Part shown: one piece after another, positions 9,144 to 18,433 of the stretch
Numbering within the stretch: the stretch's first letter is position 1
How the letters are laid out: the number at the start of each line of letters is the position of its first letter
Source: Phycisphaerales bacterium
GTDB taxonomy: Bacteria > Planctomycetota > Phycisphaerae > WQYP01
Direction of reading: 5' to 3'
Length of the DNA: 64,000 nt
NCBI GenBank assembly: GCA_027451365.1
Contig: DAIDJN010000056.1
Span: forward strand, 118,226-182,225
Position numbers and translations under genes: made by a program
Notes under the pieces: generated by a model
What the model was told of the DNA's origin: nothing
Seen by the model: the letters and a program-made list of their open reading frames with translations, nothing else
The model's database searches: none

Positions 9144-10154
9144 TTATCGCGGCGCATATTCATTGCGAAGACAGCGAACCTTACCCTGTTTATTTATCAC
9201 CAGATGCGCTATCTGGATATAAGACCGGCGGCCGAATTGGGTGAAATAAAACAGCACGCATTGTCCCTTTTGCGTGATGACCGCCGGATGGTGTCCTGGT
9301 GCGTTATCCAGCGTTCGCCTTCCGGTGGCGCCAGCCAGCACGGTGGCGTTGTATACCCAGTGTCCGGTGCCGGATTTTGATCGGTAAACTCGCAGGCCAC
9401 GACCCGCGTCGGTAATCAGCCAGTAGGCATGATGCCATCGCCATACAAAGGGCGCTTCCTGACTGGGCCACGCCACAACCTGCCGGTCATCATGCCAGTG
9501 ATTCAGATGATCTGATTCCGCCATCCAGATGTGTGATCCATGATGTTCGTCCTTGTACCACATGTACCATTTTCCATGAATTTTCCACAATGTGGGGTCA
9601 ATACAACGGGCCGAAGACAGCGGCACTGTGGAAATAAATTTCCAGTCGATGCCGTTTTTGCTGGCAAAATGTTCAATCGTGGCACGGCCCGTCCAGCTGG
9701 TAAAAATGCCGTGCACTTTCACCACAAACATTTGCAGTACTCCCTTTTGCCAGGCAAAACAGGGGGCCCACCACGTCACGTGCGCTTTCATCGGATCGCC
9801 GAGTCCATGCGGACCCTGACATATGCCCCGATACTTCCAGTGAATACCGTCCGGCGATGTCGCAATTCCAATGGCCGTGCCGTGGCACCACAATACGCCT
9901 GGCGGATGGCGCATGGCCGCCCGCCGCTGTGTGTAATACATCCACCATTGCCCTTTGTGATTTGTCCCTTTGTTTGGCATCCATACCACAAATGGGTCCG
10001 CCGCCCCATGCCAGACCGGATCGTCAAACAGCGGTGCCGGCGCTTTGGAAACCTGTATCCAGGCGGGAGGCGCCGCCGGTGCTTCCGCCGGGATCAGACC
10101 TGTCAGCAGAACCATTAACAGTGCGGCGGCCGCATAACTCACGGTGGTCTGCAT
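9144..10154 (-). CDS. Secreted GH43-like five-bladed beta-propeller glycoside hydrolase
   Basis: Signal peptide; AADP, IDP and EAP catalytic-type motifs; Asp-box SPDGIHW; WWAP. Confidence 0.8.
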   Translation of the reverse strand: MQTTVSYAAAALLMVLLTGLIPAEAPAAPPAWIQVSKAPAPLFDDPVWHGAADPFVVWMPNKGTNHKGQWWMYYTQRRAAMRHPPGVLWCHGTAIGIATSPDGIHWKYRGICQGPHGLGDPMKAHVTWWAPCFAWQKGVLQMFVVKVHGIFTSWTGRATIEHFASKNGIDWKFISTVPLSSARCIDPTLWKIHGKWYMWYKDEHHGSHIWMAESDHLNHWHDDRQVVAWPSQEAPFVWRWHHAYWLITDAGRGLRVYRSKSGTGHWVYNATVLAGATGRRTLDNAPGHHPAVITQKGQCVLFYFTQFGRRSYIQIAHLVINKQGKVRCLRNEYAPR

Positions 10155-10185
10155 GATGAATCTCCTTATAAAGCTGTCATGTCAT

Positions 10186-11028
10186 TTACCGCGCCGCCCG
10201 CACCGGTTCGCCATCCACGGCCACGATAGTGCCCGACTGTATCGGTATCAGGCCGCCAGCAGTTTGCAGCAGCAATGCGCCCGCGGCGGAAAGGCCGGCC
10301 CCGCGACCGGTTATGGTTTGCCCAGCCGCGGATAATGTTACCAGACGGTCTCGCAAATAATCATCGCGCAATATCTGCTGAATGGCATTGTCCACTGTCG
10401 CGGACCGCGGTTCGGTGGCCAAGTCCCGCCATATCGTCTGAATTTGGTCCAGCAATATCCGGGCCACTTCAGCAGTGTCATATATTTGCCGTGTGCAGGC
10501 GGCAAGACTGGTGGCAAAAGTGGCAATCTGCGATGGAAAATCCGCTGTTTTCGTATTTAAGTTCAGACCAATTCCGATAACCACCGCCTGTCGCCCGCCC
10601 GCGGATATGCCTTCACTTAATATCCCCGCCAGCTTTTTTCCGCCCAGTAAAATGTCGTTCGGCCAGCGAATTGTTACATCGCCGTGCGCCGCTCGGGCGT
10701 CCGGTAATCGCCGTATCGTGCGAATCACCGCAACGCCCGCAAGCAGGGGGGTTGCAGGCGTTTCCATTTCCGGTGCGCCGGCTATTACTGCGCTTAAATA
10801 CAGGCCGCCTTCCGGACTTTCCCATGCCCGCGCGTGCTGCCCGCGGCCATGCGTTTGCCGATGTGCGATATGCGCGGAAAAATGACCGCAAGCTGGTATG
10901 TCGGGGCCTGCAGACACAATATCCCGTGCTTCGCACAGGGCTAAATTTTGTGTGGAATCCACAGTATCGTATTGGTGAATCCGCCACGGAATATCCGGGA
11001 TATGCACAGGTGTTTCCATCCATTTCAC
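10186..11028 (-). CDS. birA: Biotin--[acetyl-CoA-carboxylase] ligase (no N-terminal HTH)
   Basis: DSTQ, QTHGRGQHARAWESPEGGLYLS, RWPNDI, KKLAGIL, IGIGLN. Confidence 0.93.
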   Translation of the reverse strand: MKWMETPVHIPDIPWRIHQYDTVDSTQNLALCEARDIVSAGPDIPACGHFSAHIAHRQTHGRGQHARAWESPEGGLYLSAVIAGAPEMETPATPLLAGVAVIRTIRRLPDARAAHGDVTIRWPNDILLGGKKLAGILSEGISAGGRQAVVIGIGLNLNTKTADFPSQIATFATSLAACTRQIYDTAEVARILLDQIQTIWRDLATEPRSATVDNAIQQILRDDYLRDRLVTLSAAGQTITGRGAGLSAAGALLLQTAGGLIPIQSGTIVAVDGEPVRAAR

Positions 11029-11906
11029 CGCTTGCGCTGGGCCGGTTGCCGGCCAACTGCCAGTAATTTTCGCAGAACGTCGACATCATGCTGGGCGGTT
11101 TGTCGGCGGTGATTGGTAAGCCGGGAGTCCAGCAGAATAAGTCCCTGGAAGTCAGAATCGTGTAATGCCCGCAAAACTGCCGCCGGTTCCATTTGTCCTT
11201 CACCCAGCGGGCAGGCCGCGACAGTGCGACCGATACGCTGCGCATCCGAGCAGACCCAGATAGCGATCTTGCCCGCAATGGCTCCAACGGCCTGGGATAC
11301 GTCGTGGCCTGAAGCGATCAGCCGAAGCGAATCAATTCCGCCGCGCACACCGGGCGTGTTGGCGTGCGCCACCAGCCGGTTAATGGCCGCGGGGTTGCCG
11401 CCGCACAGGGCCAGAATCGTCCCTGTGCGATCCGCCAGTTCCGTCAGCACGGCCAGGGCTTGCAGGGTATCCGGATGCCAGCCTTCGGCCGGCACCGCTA
11501 AGGGGTCGGCAGCTTGCGAAGCGGGCCGGGGCGGCGGCTCGCCGATGTAAATGCTCACCAGCCGACAGCGAAAATCGTGAGCCAGCGCAATGGCGGATTC
11601 GCCCCGCTGTACCAGCCGATCCAGTGATTGAACTGAAAAAAGACCATCCGCTCCAGCGCCGGTTCGCAGGCAGTCCAACGACAATTGCCTTGATTTCAGC
11701 GTATGCAGAAAATGCCGCCGCGCGGTGTGACCCATGTCCGGGCCCGAAAGTATCGGGTGGTCCGCTCGGATCGAAATGCCGGTTACTGCCAACGATGCGG
11801 CAAAATCAATTCCGGTGCGGATATCCGCATCCACAGCATCAATGGCTAAGCTTGCTGGCACCGGCTGCGTATCAGAAGATTGCGTCTGTTGAGTCAGGGT
11901 CGCCAT
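11025..11906 (-). CDS. Xylose-isomerase-like TIM-barrel protein (sugar phosphate isomerase/epimerase family, degenerate)
   Basis: Overall pattern with PLGEGQM and DFQGLILL; several usual metal ligands appear substituted; stop overlaps the birA start. Confidence 0.6.
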   Translation of the reverse strand: MATLTQQTQSSDTQPVPASLAIDAVDADIRTGIDFAASLAVTGISIRADHPILSGPDMGHTARRHFLHTLKSRQLSLDCLRTGAGADGLFSVQSLDRLVQRGESAIALAHDFRCRLVSIYIGEPPPRPASQAADPLAVPAEGWHPDTLQALAVLTELADRTGTILALCGGNPAAINRLVAHANTPGVRGGIDSLRLIASGHDVSQAVGAIAGKIAIWVCSDAQRIGRTVAACPLGEGQMEPAAVLRALHDSDFQGLILLDSRLTNHRRQTAQHDVDVLRKLLAVGRQPAQRKR

Positions 11907-12135
11907 GAACTATTCTCCAGGCCGCTGCACCTGCCTATTGGCACGGTGTATTGCACGGCCTGTTGACTATTATGCGCGCTAACCAGTGCTTTGCCAGTAT
12001 ATCCGCCCAGTTGAGCGTTCGCCGGCGCTGCGGTAGGCTCTAGCGCCAAAAGGCCGACGGTTCGGCCTCCGCGGAAAATAAAAATGCGTCATTCGGGGCG
12101 GCCCGTCCCGCCGACGCCGGGAACCGGTTTGAGCT

Positions 12136-12732
12136 ATGAAAAAGAATCGGCTGGAAGCGTTCTCTGATGGTGTCATCGCCATCATCATTACGATAATGGT
12201 CTTGGATTTGCGCATTCCGCACGGAACCGACGCCGCCGCTCTGGCACCCGTGGCACCCGTTTTGTTTAATTATGCCCTTAGCTTCGTCTTTGTTGGCATT
12301 TATTGGAACAACCATCATCACCTTTTTCATGCCGTGCATGAAGTAAGCGGGGCAATCATGTGGGCCAATCTGCATCTGCTGTTCTGGCTTTCACTTATTC
12401 CGTTTGTCACCGGCTGGATGGGGGAGAATAATTTTGCGACTTTGCCAACCGCGGTCTATGGGGTCGTGATGATGCTTTCCGCGATAGCCTACACAATTCT
12501 GCAACTGGCAATTATACGCTCACAAGGCACCCAATCGCTGCTGGCCGGTGCCATCGGACGTGATCGTAAAGGCAAATTTTCCATGGTGGCGTACGTAGCG
12601 GCAATCGGCCTGGCGTTTGTCAGTTCCTGGGTTTCAATTGCGATTTACGTTCTGGTCGCCCTTATCTGGTTAATTCCCGATACACGCATTGAATCCGCAC
12701 TGCAAAAAAGTCCGCAAAGGGAATCAGAATAA
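12136..12732 (+). CDS. TMEM175-family potassium channel (DUF1211)
   Basis: RLEAFSDGVIAIIITIMVL signature; YWNNHHHLF; six TM segments. Confidence 0.95.
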   Translation: MKKNRLEAFSDGVIAIIITIMVLDLRIPHGTDAAALAPVAPVLFNYALSFVFVGIYWNNHHHLFHAVHEVSGAIMWANLHLLFWLSLIPFVTGWMGENNFATLPTAVYGVVMMLSAIAYTILQLAIIRSQGTQSLLAGAIGRDRKGKFSMVAYVAAIGLAFVSSWVSIAIYVLVALIWLIPDTRIESALQKSPQRESE

Positions 12733-12744
12733 TCCCGACGCGTC

Positions 12745-12864
12745 GGTTGGGCGGGACTGCCGCCGGCTTATAAACTTGATAAACTCTCCGATGTGTGCAT
12801 GATGTTTTCCATGAATCATCGCATTGCGGAAAGCCCGTTGGATGGTTGGGCGGGACTGCCGCCG
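12745..12864 (+). repeat. Perfect 21-bp direct repeat GGTTGGGCGGGACTGCCGCCG (12745-12765, 12844-12864)
   Basis: Read directly from the sequence; intergenic between TMEM175 and uppP. Confidence 0.85.
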
Positions 12865-12893
12865 ACGGACGATGCCGCACAAGGAGATTTTGC

Positions 12894-13814
12894 ATGTTAT
12901 CCAGTTTTTCGCCGCCTGTATTGTCATTGGCGGTTCTGCCCCAGCCGGCTTTGCATTTAACGCTGCTTCAGGCCATCCTTCTGGGCCTTTTGCAGGGTTT
13001 TTCCGAACTCTTCCCGATCAGTTCCCTGGGGCATATCATTCTGATCAAGGCATTGCTGCACTGGCATTTTAATTCCCAGAATAAAAATTTCCTCTCGTTT
13101 GTGGTGGCGCTGCATCTGGCGACGGCCGCCGCTCTGCTGCTTTATTTCTGGAAGGAATGGAAAAAAGTAATTCTGGCATATCTGGGCAGTGCCAAACGCA
13201 TGACGTTTGTTTACGACCAGGACAGCAAATTCGCGTGGTTGCTGGTTGCAGGCACGCTTGTGGTAGGACTGGTGGGGCTGGTGTTTCAGAAAAAGTTTCG
13301 GCTGTTTTTTGACAACCCCCATTACCTCTGGCTGGTTGCCGTGTTTCTGATTTTAAATGGCGGTGTCATGCTGGCGGGCGATATTCTCAAGCGGAAGGCG
13401 GAACGTCAGGCCAGGGAAACGCAGCAGAAAAAGGCCGAAGAGCTTTCCTTCAAGGCCGCCACACTGGTGGGGGCAAGTCAGACCTTGGCGCTGTTTCCAG
13501 GCATTTCCCGTTCCGGCGTGGCAATTGTGGGCGGCATTCTGGCTGGCCTAAGCTATGAAGAAGCCTGTCGTTTTGCTTTTATGCTGGCCACCCCGGTTAT
13601 TGCCGCTGCCGGATTGCTGAAACTTCCGGCGCTGTTCAAACCCGAAGCAAGGGATATTCTGCACCTGACTATTCCCGCAGCCATTGCCGCCGGTATTACG
13701 GCGTATGTCAGTACGCGGTTCCTGATGAAATATTTTGAGACCCGGCGTTTGCTTCCATTCGCCATCTATTGCGTGGCGGCCGGGACTGTATCGCTGGTGA
13801 TCCTGTATCATTGA
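12894..13814 (+). CDS. uppP: Undecaprenyl-diphosphate phosphatase
   Basis: QGFSELFPISSLGH and ALFPGISRSG BacA motifs; AAGGAG RBS before ATG 12894. Confidence 0.95.
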   Translation: MLSSFSPPVLSLAVLPQPALHLTLLQAILLGLLQGFSELFPISSLGHIILIKALLHWHFNSQNKNFLSFVVALHLATAAALLLYFWKEWKKVILAYLGSAKRMTFVYDQDSKFAWLLVAGTLVVGLVGLVFQKKFRLFFDNPHYLWLVAVFLILNGGVMLAGDILKRKAERQARETQQKKAEELSFKAATLVGASQTLALFPGISRSGVAIVGGILAGLSYEEACRFAFMLATPVIAAAGLLKLPALFKPEARDILHLTIPAAIAAGITAYVSTRFLMKYFETRRLLPFAIYCVAAGTVSLVILYH

Positions 13815-14219
13815 TCGCCGGATGGGCAATCCTGCGGATTGTCCAGAACGCATTTCGACGCGTTCGGATATTTGGCTCAATCTGCGCCTGGTCAGAATTG
13901 TTTCAGCGTTCTGATGATGACCAAATGCGCGTGTTTGCCGCCTTTTGGTGAATAGAAGACGCAACGTGATAATCTGTTGCAGGGCTGAGCGGGTAACGGG
14001 TTAATAAAGCAACGCAGGCAGTGCATTTTACAGCAAAGCCGTTGGTGGCCGCCAATCCGGACAATCTGACGGGGGCTCTGGCCGCGCGGATACCGGCAAA
14101 CCGAATGGATTTGCCGGCAGCCCTTGGGGGGCTGGAATAACCAGAAGACTGCGGCGTTATTTCAATTGCCCTGAATTGGAAAAAGGCTTGAATACAGGGT
14201 CAGCGCAAGCGCGACGGCC

Positions 14220-14602
14220 ACCACCCGCGGGCGGCCAGGGTGGTGGTTGTGTGGGTCTGGTTTTGCCTGAACCAGCTTGTTGCGATGCAGCCTTTTTACA
14301 GCCAATTTCACACACGCGGTTTGGCCATGATCGGCGTTCCCATGTGGCAGAATTTTGAACAGATCGGGCAGGCCATGATGACCCGCCCGCATATAACCTG
14401 GCTTCAGACGCACATTATTCACAAGGTACCAGGTAATCGACTGTTGTTCGGTGCGATTCCATTTGTGAATGTCGGTAATCGTTGGCAGGACTATGAAATA
14501 ATTTGCGACAGGAAGCGCGTGGTGAGGGATGTGGTTATTCATGGCAGCGCCGGCATGCCGAAGGTGGAAATAACAAACCTGCTGGCGAATAAACGGCATT
14601 GA
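14220..14602 (+). pseudogene. 5'-truncated paralogous fragment of the 1919-3139 gene (thioredoxin-like C-terminal part)
   Basis: Translates to LNQLVAMQPFY...PMWQNFEQIGQ...GAIPFVNVGNRWQDYEIICDR as in the full gene; 1-bp deletion near 14233 relative to copy 1; N-terminal ~280 codons absent. Confidence 0.8.
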
Positions 14603-14759
14603 GGCTGCGGTCTGAATTTCGTGGAACCTGGCCATGGTCCGGAATGGCACAGCCAGTCAGGATTCGCGTCATTCTATGATCTGCAGGCGGCTATTGGTCT
14701 AAGGTGTTGTGAAACAATTTGCTCGGATTTGTGTGGCGCAGACCTGCAAGTCTGGATAT

Positions 14760-15209
14760 CTACACTGCAATCTTTAACCAAATAGACGCGCCATAAATAG
14801 CCGTGTAAAGCAGAATTGCAACTATAATCGTTCCAATGATCGTCATTAGAATGAACCAAATGGTTAGAATCGCGGCAACGCGATGCGTATCCGCGCGGAT
14901 TGCGGAAAGATTTTGCTGGATGGCGGCCAGGCGAATATTCTGCGAATCCGGCTGGCCGGTGGGCGTGTCCATGTTCACGATGCATTCGGAACAGAGGATG
15001 GTTCCATTTTTCACGCGCACCGAAGACAGGGGCTTGATGGTTTGCTCGCACTGGGTGCAAATTGGCGACTGTTCTTTTTCAACGGCTTCCTGTTTCTTAA
15101 GGACCGCGACGCAGGAGTCGCAAAATGGCTGGCCATGCCAGTCTCCAGCTGCTTCAATTATTGGTGATTGACACGCGATGCATAGTTCTTCAACTGGTAC
15201 GTCGGGCAA
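14760..15209 (-). CDS. Hypothetical membrane protein with two zinc-ribbon-like modules
   Basis: CIAC/CDSC and CTQC/CSEC pairs followed by a C-terminal TM helix; start codon uncertain. Confidence 0.65.
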   Translation of the reverse strand: MPDVPVEELCIACQSPIIEAAGDWHGQPFCDSCVAVLKKQEAVEKEQSPICTQCEQTIKPLSSVRVKNGTILCSECIVNMDTPTGQPDSQNIRLAAIQQNLSAIRADTHRVAAILTIWFILMTIIGTIIVAILLYTAIYGASIWLKIAV

Positions 15210-15593
15210 TTGCGAACTCCCAATTCAGTCGTTCAATCAATACCCGGAGCTACGGACCCCGGGGCAGGCAGGCGGGGATGGCCGCACAAATCCGTTGCGC
15301 TCCGGCCGGCTATCAGGCCCCGCATGATGGTCGCGTGGATGATAACGCAGCGGCTGAAATGCCACACTGTTCTTGCCACAAAAAAATGAGATTGCAATGG
15401 CTTTCAATTCGCGCGTGACGCCGCAGCGCAGCTAACACCAGCGCGGCACCAGCCCGATATAATGCGCATCGCTATTCTATATATGGTGCTGACCGCCACT
15501 CCATCGTCGCCGCAGCCAGAACCATCGGGCCAAAAACACAACATTTTAGTGCGGTTTTGTTAACGTGGCGAAAACCGGTCGGGTGAGGTTACA

Positions 15594-16367
15594 ATGCCAC
15601 ACATGAATGGTTTTGGCAAAAATATCACCGGTTCAGTATCGTTGCTTGCGACACTTTTTCTGACGCTTGTTTCAACCGGGTGTCATACCAGCATTACGCC
15701 TCTTCAGCCCGCCCTTATCGGGCCACCTTGGGCTTTGCCGATGCCCAATCGCTCCCTGGCCGGCGAAAAGCAGCCATCGGCTAGTGCCTCGACTCTCCCC
15801 GCTGCGGCTGGCACGACCCGGAAAACAGCACAAGACATTGGGCCACGATCAGTCACTGACACCCGCTGGTTCGCCAATTTCCGCAATGGCAGCACCCGAA
15901 CCGTTCGTATCGCCCGTTATCAGCATATCTGGCGACAAAGCGTGCACCTGATTCGCAATCTCGGTTACAACATAAACTGGCAGGACCACCGCCTGGGAAT
16001 TATCTCCACCGATCCGCGCCTGGCTCCGGAAGTCTTGCAGTGGTGGCGACCGGACACAACCAACGGTTCGTCGCTGATGGAAAGCACGTTGAACACCTAT
16101 CGGCGAATCATTCGTCTGGTCATTACGCAGGCAAAAACGCCTGAAAGCTACCATATTACGGTGGAGGTTCTTGTCCAGCGGCGGGAAAATCCGCAAGGGG
16201 ATGTCGGCAATGTAGCCTTTGTCGGGCCATCCGCATTTGGATCTAATATTTTGCCGCTTAAGGCCAGTCATGCGGGCGTGCATACAGGCGGCCAATTCTG
16301 GATGACGATCGGCCGCGATACCCTCTTGGAAAAGAAAATTCTTAAGTTGCTTTTCAAGAAAATATAA
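15594..16367 (+). CDS. Hypothetical lipoprotein
   Basis: Lipobox-like STGC; RLGIISTDP...ESTLNTYRR...GRDTLLEKKIL; GAGG RBS. Confidence 0.7.
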   Translation: MPHMNGFGKNITGSVSLLATLFLTLVSTGCHTSITPLQPALIGPPWALPMPNRSLAGEKQPSASASTLPAAAGTTRKTAQDIGPRSVTDTRWFANFRNGSTRTVRIARYQHIWRQSVHLIRNLGYNINWQDHRLGIISTDPRLAPEVLQWWRPDTTNGSSLMESTLNTYRRIIRLVITQAKTPESYHITVEVLVQRRENPQGDVGNVAFVGPSAFGSNILPLKASHAGVHTGGQFWMTIGRDTLLEKKILKLLFKKI

Positions 16368-16480
16368 TCCGCGGCGCGAAGATTCTATTCAACTAATAAT
16401 CCGGACTTTTCTTGACGACTGCGGACCGCTTGCCTTTTGTTTCATTGGCCGCCGAATGCAACGATTTTGTCCGGGTCATT

Positions 16481-17245
16481 TCAGTTGTGCACGTTTTCCG
16501 GAGGCCCGATCCGCACGTCCTGAACTCCGGTTGAATAATAGGCTGCGCAATGCGCGGGCAGACAAACACCGGGCAGCAGGTGTTCACATGTCATATCGGC
16601 TTGAACCGCCACCAGCGACCAAGGTGCATGGGTGATACGAAATCGCCGCAGCCGCCCTTTGTGCAAGGTAAATGCGGTGTAACGTTCCATCAGAAAATCT
16701 TCTTCGCTCCCGGTTCGACTGGTACGGAAACTGTCTGTGGGTGTCCACCGGGCGCGGCAGTCCCACCGTGCGGCCCGGGTGTGCATGTGTCGCGAAGTCA
16801 CGCCCTGCGCGGCATGGGTTCGATAATTCAGTGCCCCGAAGCAATAGGGTAAACCATAAAGCATCGGCCCCAGCAGAACCGCGATTCGGTTGGGAATCCA
16901 TTCCCTCAGGAAATAAATGCCCCGGTCATTTCCGCAGCGGACGTAGGTTCGCACATTCAGGAAACCGTGGCGGGCCAGCGGAGCGCTGAAGAATTCAGTA
17001 AGGCGGCCACCGAATACCGGACGCAAACGGGCTTGGGTAAACGCCGCCAGTGTCACATAGGCGCAGCCGCCATACAGGTCCAATTCCAGCGGCACCGTCG
17101 GACGCAGCGCCTGGTGGGCCACGCGAAAATGGATAAACAACATGTTCAGCCAGTCCGCCAGAAAAGCCGGACGCAGTTGCGTATCAGGCCCGTCGTATTG
17201 TGCTTCAGGTTTAGCCTTGTGTGGATGGTAAATGGTTGCGGTCAT
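16481..17245 (-). CDS. DUF2071 (YqjF-like) family protein
   Basis: WLNMLFIHF, LNVRTYV, GIYFL, YGLPY, FLMERY, ITHAPW. Confidence 0.88.
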   Translation of the reverse strand: MTATIYHPHKAKPEAQYDGPDTQLRPAFLADWLNMLFIHFRVAHQALRPTVPLELDLYGGCAYVTLAAFTQARLRPVFGGRLTEFFSAPLARHGFLNVRTYVRCGNDRGIYFLREWIPNRIAVLLGPMLYGLPYCFGALNYRTHAAQGVTSRHMHTRAARWDCRARWTPTDSFRTSRTGSEEDFLMERYTAFTLHKGRLRRFRITHAPWSLVAVQADMTCEHLLPGVCLPAHCAAYYSTGVQDVRIGPPENVHN

Positions 17246-17279
17246 GGCACTGTCTCCTGTTATTCAGGCATTCAGATAT

Positions 17280-17666
17280 TTATTTCCTGTGCGATGCCGT
17301 CCGATCGCACGCTTTTTCCAGCCCGAGGATCGTGCTGATGCGATATCGATTTGCGGCCAGTATGTGATACGCGGCATTGGCCATGGAATAGATCGGCTTT
17401 CTGCGCATCAGCCACGCCAGGGGGCGAAGCCATCCAAAGCTGTCGGCCATGAACAGGTATACATCCAGGCCGATCAGCAGCCGCCCCGTTTCGGTGCAAA
17501 GAATAATTTGGGGTTCACTGGGTATGGTCCATCCGCTGGTGGAGCGAGCAAATTCCTTGCTGTCCCGGCCCGCGACGGTAAATCCCCGCACGAAAAGCCC
17601 AGGCGTTATTGCCGCGGCCCATCGGCTGCACAGTCCGCACTGGTCGTCATAAAATATCCTATGCAT
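17280..17666 (-). CDS. DCC-family thiol-disulfide oxidoreductase (DUF393)
   Basis: N-terminal IFYDDQCGLC (DxxCxxC) and C-terminal AYHILAANRYRIS. Confidence 0.88.
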   Translation of the reverse strand: MHRIFYDDQCGLCSRWAAAITPGLFVRGFTVAGRDSKEFARSTSGWTIPSEPQIILCTETGRLLIGLDVYLFMADSFGWLRPLAWLMRRKPIYSMANAAYHILAANRYRISTILGLEKACDRTASHRK

Positions 17667-17692
17667 ATCCGGTATCCTAAGAAATCTGTAAA

Positions 17693-17708
17693 TTCTGTAA
17701 ACACAGAA
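17693..17708. promoter_or_regulatory. Operator-like palindrome TTCTGT-N4-ACAGAA upstream of the DCC gene
   Basis: Perfect 6-bp inverted arms in an AT-rich intergenic gap; matches the site at 18287-18302. Confidence 0.65.
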
Positions 17709-17729
17709 ATACGTTTCAAAAAAAAAGGC

Positions 17730-18263
17730 TTATGCCGCCCCGCCAACCCACCGCCGCAGCTTGCCCCCAAGACCCACAAATTTAATGACCGATTTGGTGG
17801 GCAATCGCCGGATGTTTTCATACCAGGTGCTCATGGTTTCAAAAAACTCCAGCATGCGGCCAATGCGCTCGCTGGTAACGCCCTCAGAAGAGTTGCCGCG
17901 CTGCAGTTCGGCCATGCAATCGCGCAACAACGCGACGGTCGGGTCAATTTCACGTTTCTTGCGTTCATCCAGCACCGTGCGGAACATTTCCCAGACATCC
18001 TGAATCGACTCGAAATAATCCCGTCGATCCGCCAATTGGGGAACCACGCGCACCACTCCCCAGCCCTGAAGCTCTTTCAGGCTGGAACTCACATTGGACC
18101 GGGCAATGGACAGCGTTTCGGCGATCTGTTCGGCATTCAGCGCATTGGGACTGATATACAGAAGCGCGTGGATTTGCGCCACGGTGCGGTTTATGCCCCA
18201 TCGCGATCCCATTTGCCCCCAATGCAGAACGAACTTCCGCGCAACTGGAGAAATATTGTGCAT
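17730..18263 (-). CDS. GbsR/MarR-family transcriptional regulator
   Basis: FVLHWGQMGSRWGINRTVAQIHALL, ARSNVSSSLKELQGWG, ERKKREIDP. Confidence 0.92.
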   Translation of the reverse strand: MHNISPVARKFVLHWGQMGSRWGINRTVAQIHALLYISPNALNAEQIAETLSIARSNVSSSLKELQGWGVVRVVPQLADRRDYFESIQDVWEMFRTVLDERKKREIDPTVALLRDCMAELQRGNSSEGVTSERIGRMLEFFETMSTWYENIRRLPTKSVIKFVGLGGKLRRWVGGAA

Positions 18264-18286
18264 GGCATGTACCTCATTTCTTACAT

Positions 18287-18302
18287 TTCTGTTAATTCAG
18301 AA
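18287..18302. promoter_or_regulatory. Operator-like palindrome TTCTGT-N4-TCAGAA upstream of the regulator
   Basis: Near-perfect inverted repeat ~25 bp upstream of the regulator start; same arms and spacing as 17693-17708. Confidence 0.65.
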
Positions 18303-18433
18303 TATAGTGTATTATGATCGGAAATGCAAGCTGCCCGCAAGAACTATTGCAGTTCCATCCCGCGCGGCGCGGTCTGACTGATCATCCGCAAACACTTTGC
18401 GACTGACCAGAGGTCGGCTGCGGCCGCAGGCCG

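Noticed and set aside
10186..11028. BirA as a repressor of bioB
   Set aside because: The protein lacks the N-terminal HTH, and no BirA-type operator was seen before bioB.
11938..11955. Sigma-54 promoter-like TTGGCACGGTGTATTGCA
   Set aside because: GG-to-GC spacing is 11 nt, not the strict 10.
12745..12864. CRISPR array
   Set aside because: Only two 21-bp repeats with a 78-bp spacer and no cas genes; no CRISPR-like array seen anywhere in the window.
14220..14655. Diversity-generating retroelement template/variable repeat pair with the 3' end of gene 1919-3139
   Set aside because: Mismatches involve C, G and T positions in both copies rather than being adenine-specific, and no reverse transcriptase is present in the window.
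17232..18317. 361-aa plus-strand ORF
   Set aside because: It overlaps recognisable minus-strand genes (DCC, GbsR-type regulator) and has no motifs.
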